This document shows positions 63,965-64,000 of a stretch of DNA of 64,000 bases, piece after piece (position 1 is the first letter of the stretch; the number at the start of each line of letters is the position of its first letter). The stretch comes from Acidobacteriota bacterium (GTDB lineage Bacteria; Acidobacteriota; Blastocatellia; Pyrinomonadales; Pyrinomonadaceae). Both the position numbers and the translations under genes were made by a program. The notes under the pieces are model-generated. The model saw only the letters and a list, made by a program, of their open reading frames with translations. It ran no database searches and had not been told where the DNA came from. The stretch lies in NCBI GenBank assembly GCA_019639155.1, contig JAHBSJ010000007.1, positions 173,429 through 237,428 on the forward strand. The letters are read 5' to 3'.

Positions 63965-64000
63965 ATTAGGAGTTTGCGATCGGAGCCACAGAGGACACAG

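Overview
This is a 64-kb chromosomal segment of fairly high GC (about 58-60% by eye). It is most likely from an Acidobacteriota genome. That is inference only, based on two TIGR03436-type VWFA-related acidobacterial proteins, CarboxypepD_reg-fused outer-membrane receptors and many TPR/PD40 lipoproteins. The backbone is housekeeping: murA, tRNA-Ser(GCU), gltX, trmFO, a xerC-like recombinase, an Slt-like transglycosylase, a MenC-family enolase, DPP-IV and M61 peptidases, a sigma-54 activator and a large orphan histidine kinase. Accessory DNA is interleaved throughout. The items I consider most worth follow-up are listed here. (1) A terminator-bounded four-gene module at 5.4-10.9 kb: ECF sigma, a small soluble protein, a TPR-CHAT caspase-like protease and a secreted subtilase. 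It resembles the protease/sigma-factor switch of type III-E CRISPR systems but has no CRISPR component. (2) A compact block at 41.0-47.0 kb with phage lysis and head-morphogenesis genes only (lysin, small membrane protein, TerL, portal, scaffold, major capsid, one small protein). It has no tail, integrase or replication genes and all ORFs are intact. (3) A signal-peptide-bearing paralogue of EF-Tu that lacks the GTPase domain (40333-40986). (4) A phenylalanine/tyrosine catabolic operon (phhA-hppD-hmgA, with a divergent Lrp regulator) that carries toxin-antitoxin and other lower-GC cassettes in every intergenic gap. Diverged duplicate copies of the phhA 3' end, the hppD 5' end and a GNAT 5' half mark the junctions. 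(5) In-frame palindromic or repeat insertions inside trmFO and gltX. (6) A REPtron (RAYT transposase flanked by two REP hairpin families) next to an orphan HslV/proteasome-beta-like Ntn hydrolase. No rRNA and no CRISPR array were seen. All family assignments come from motif recognition by eye, not from searches.
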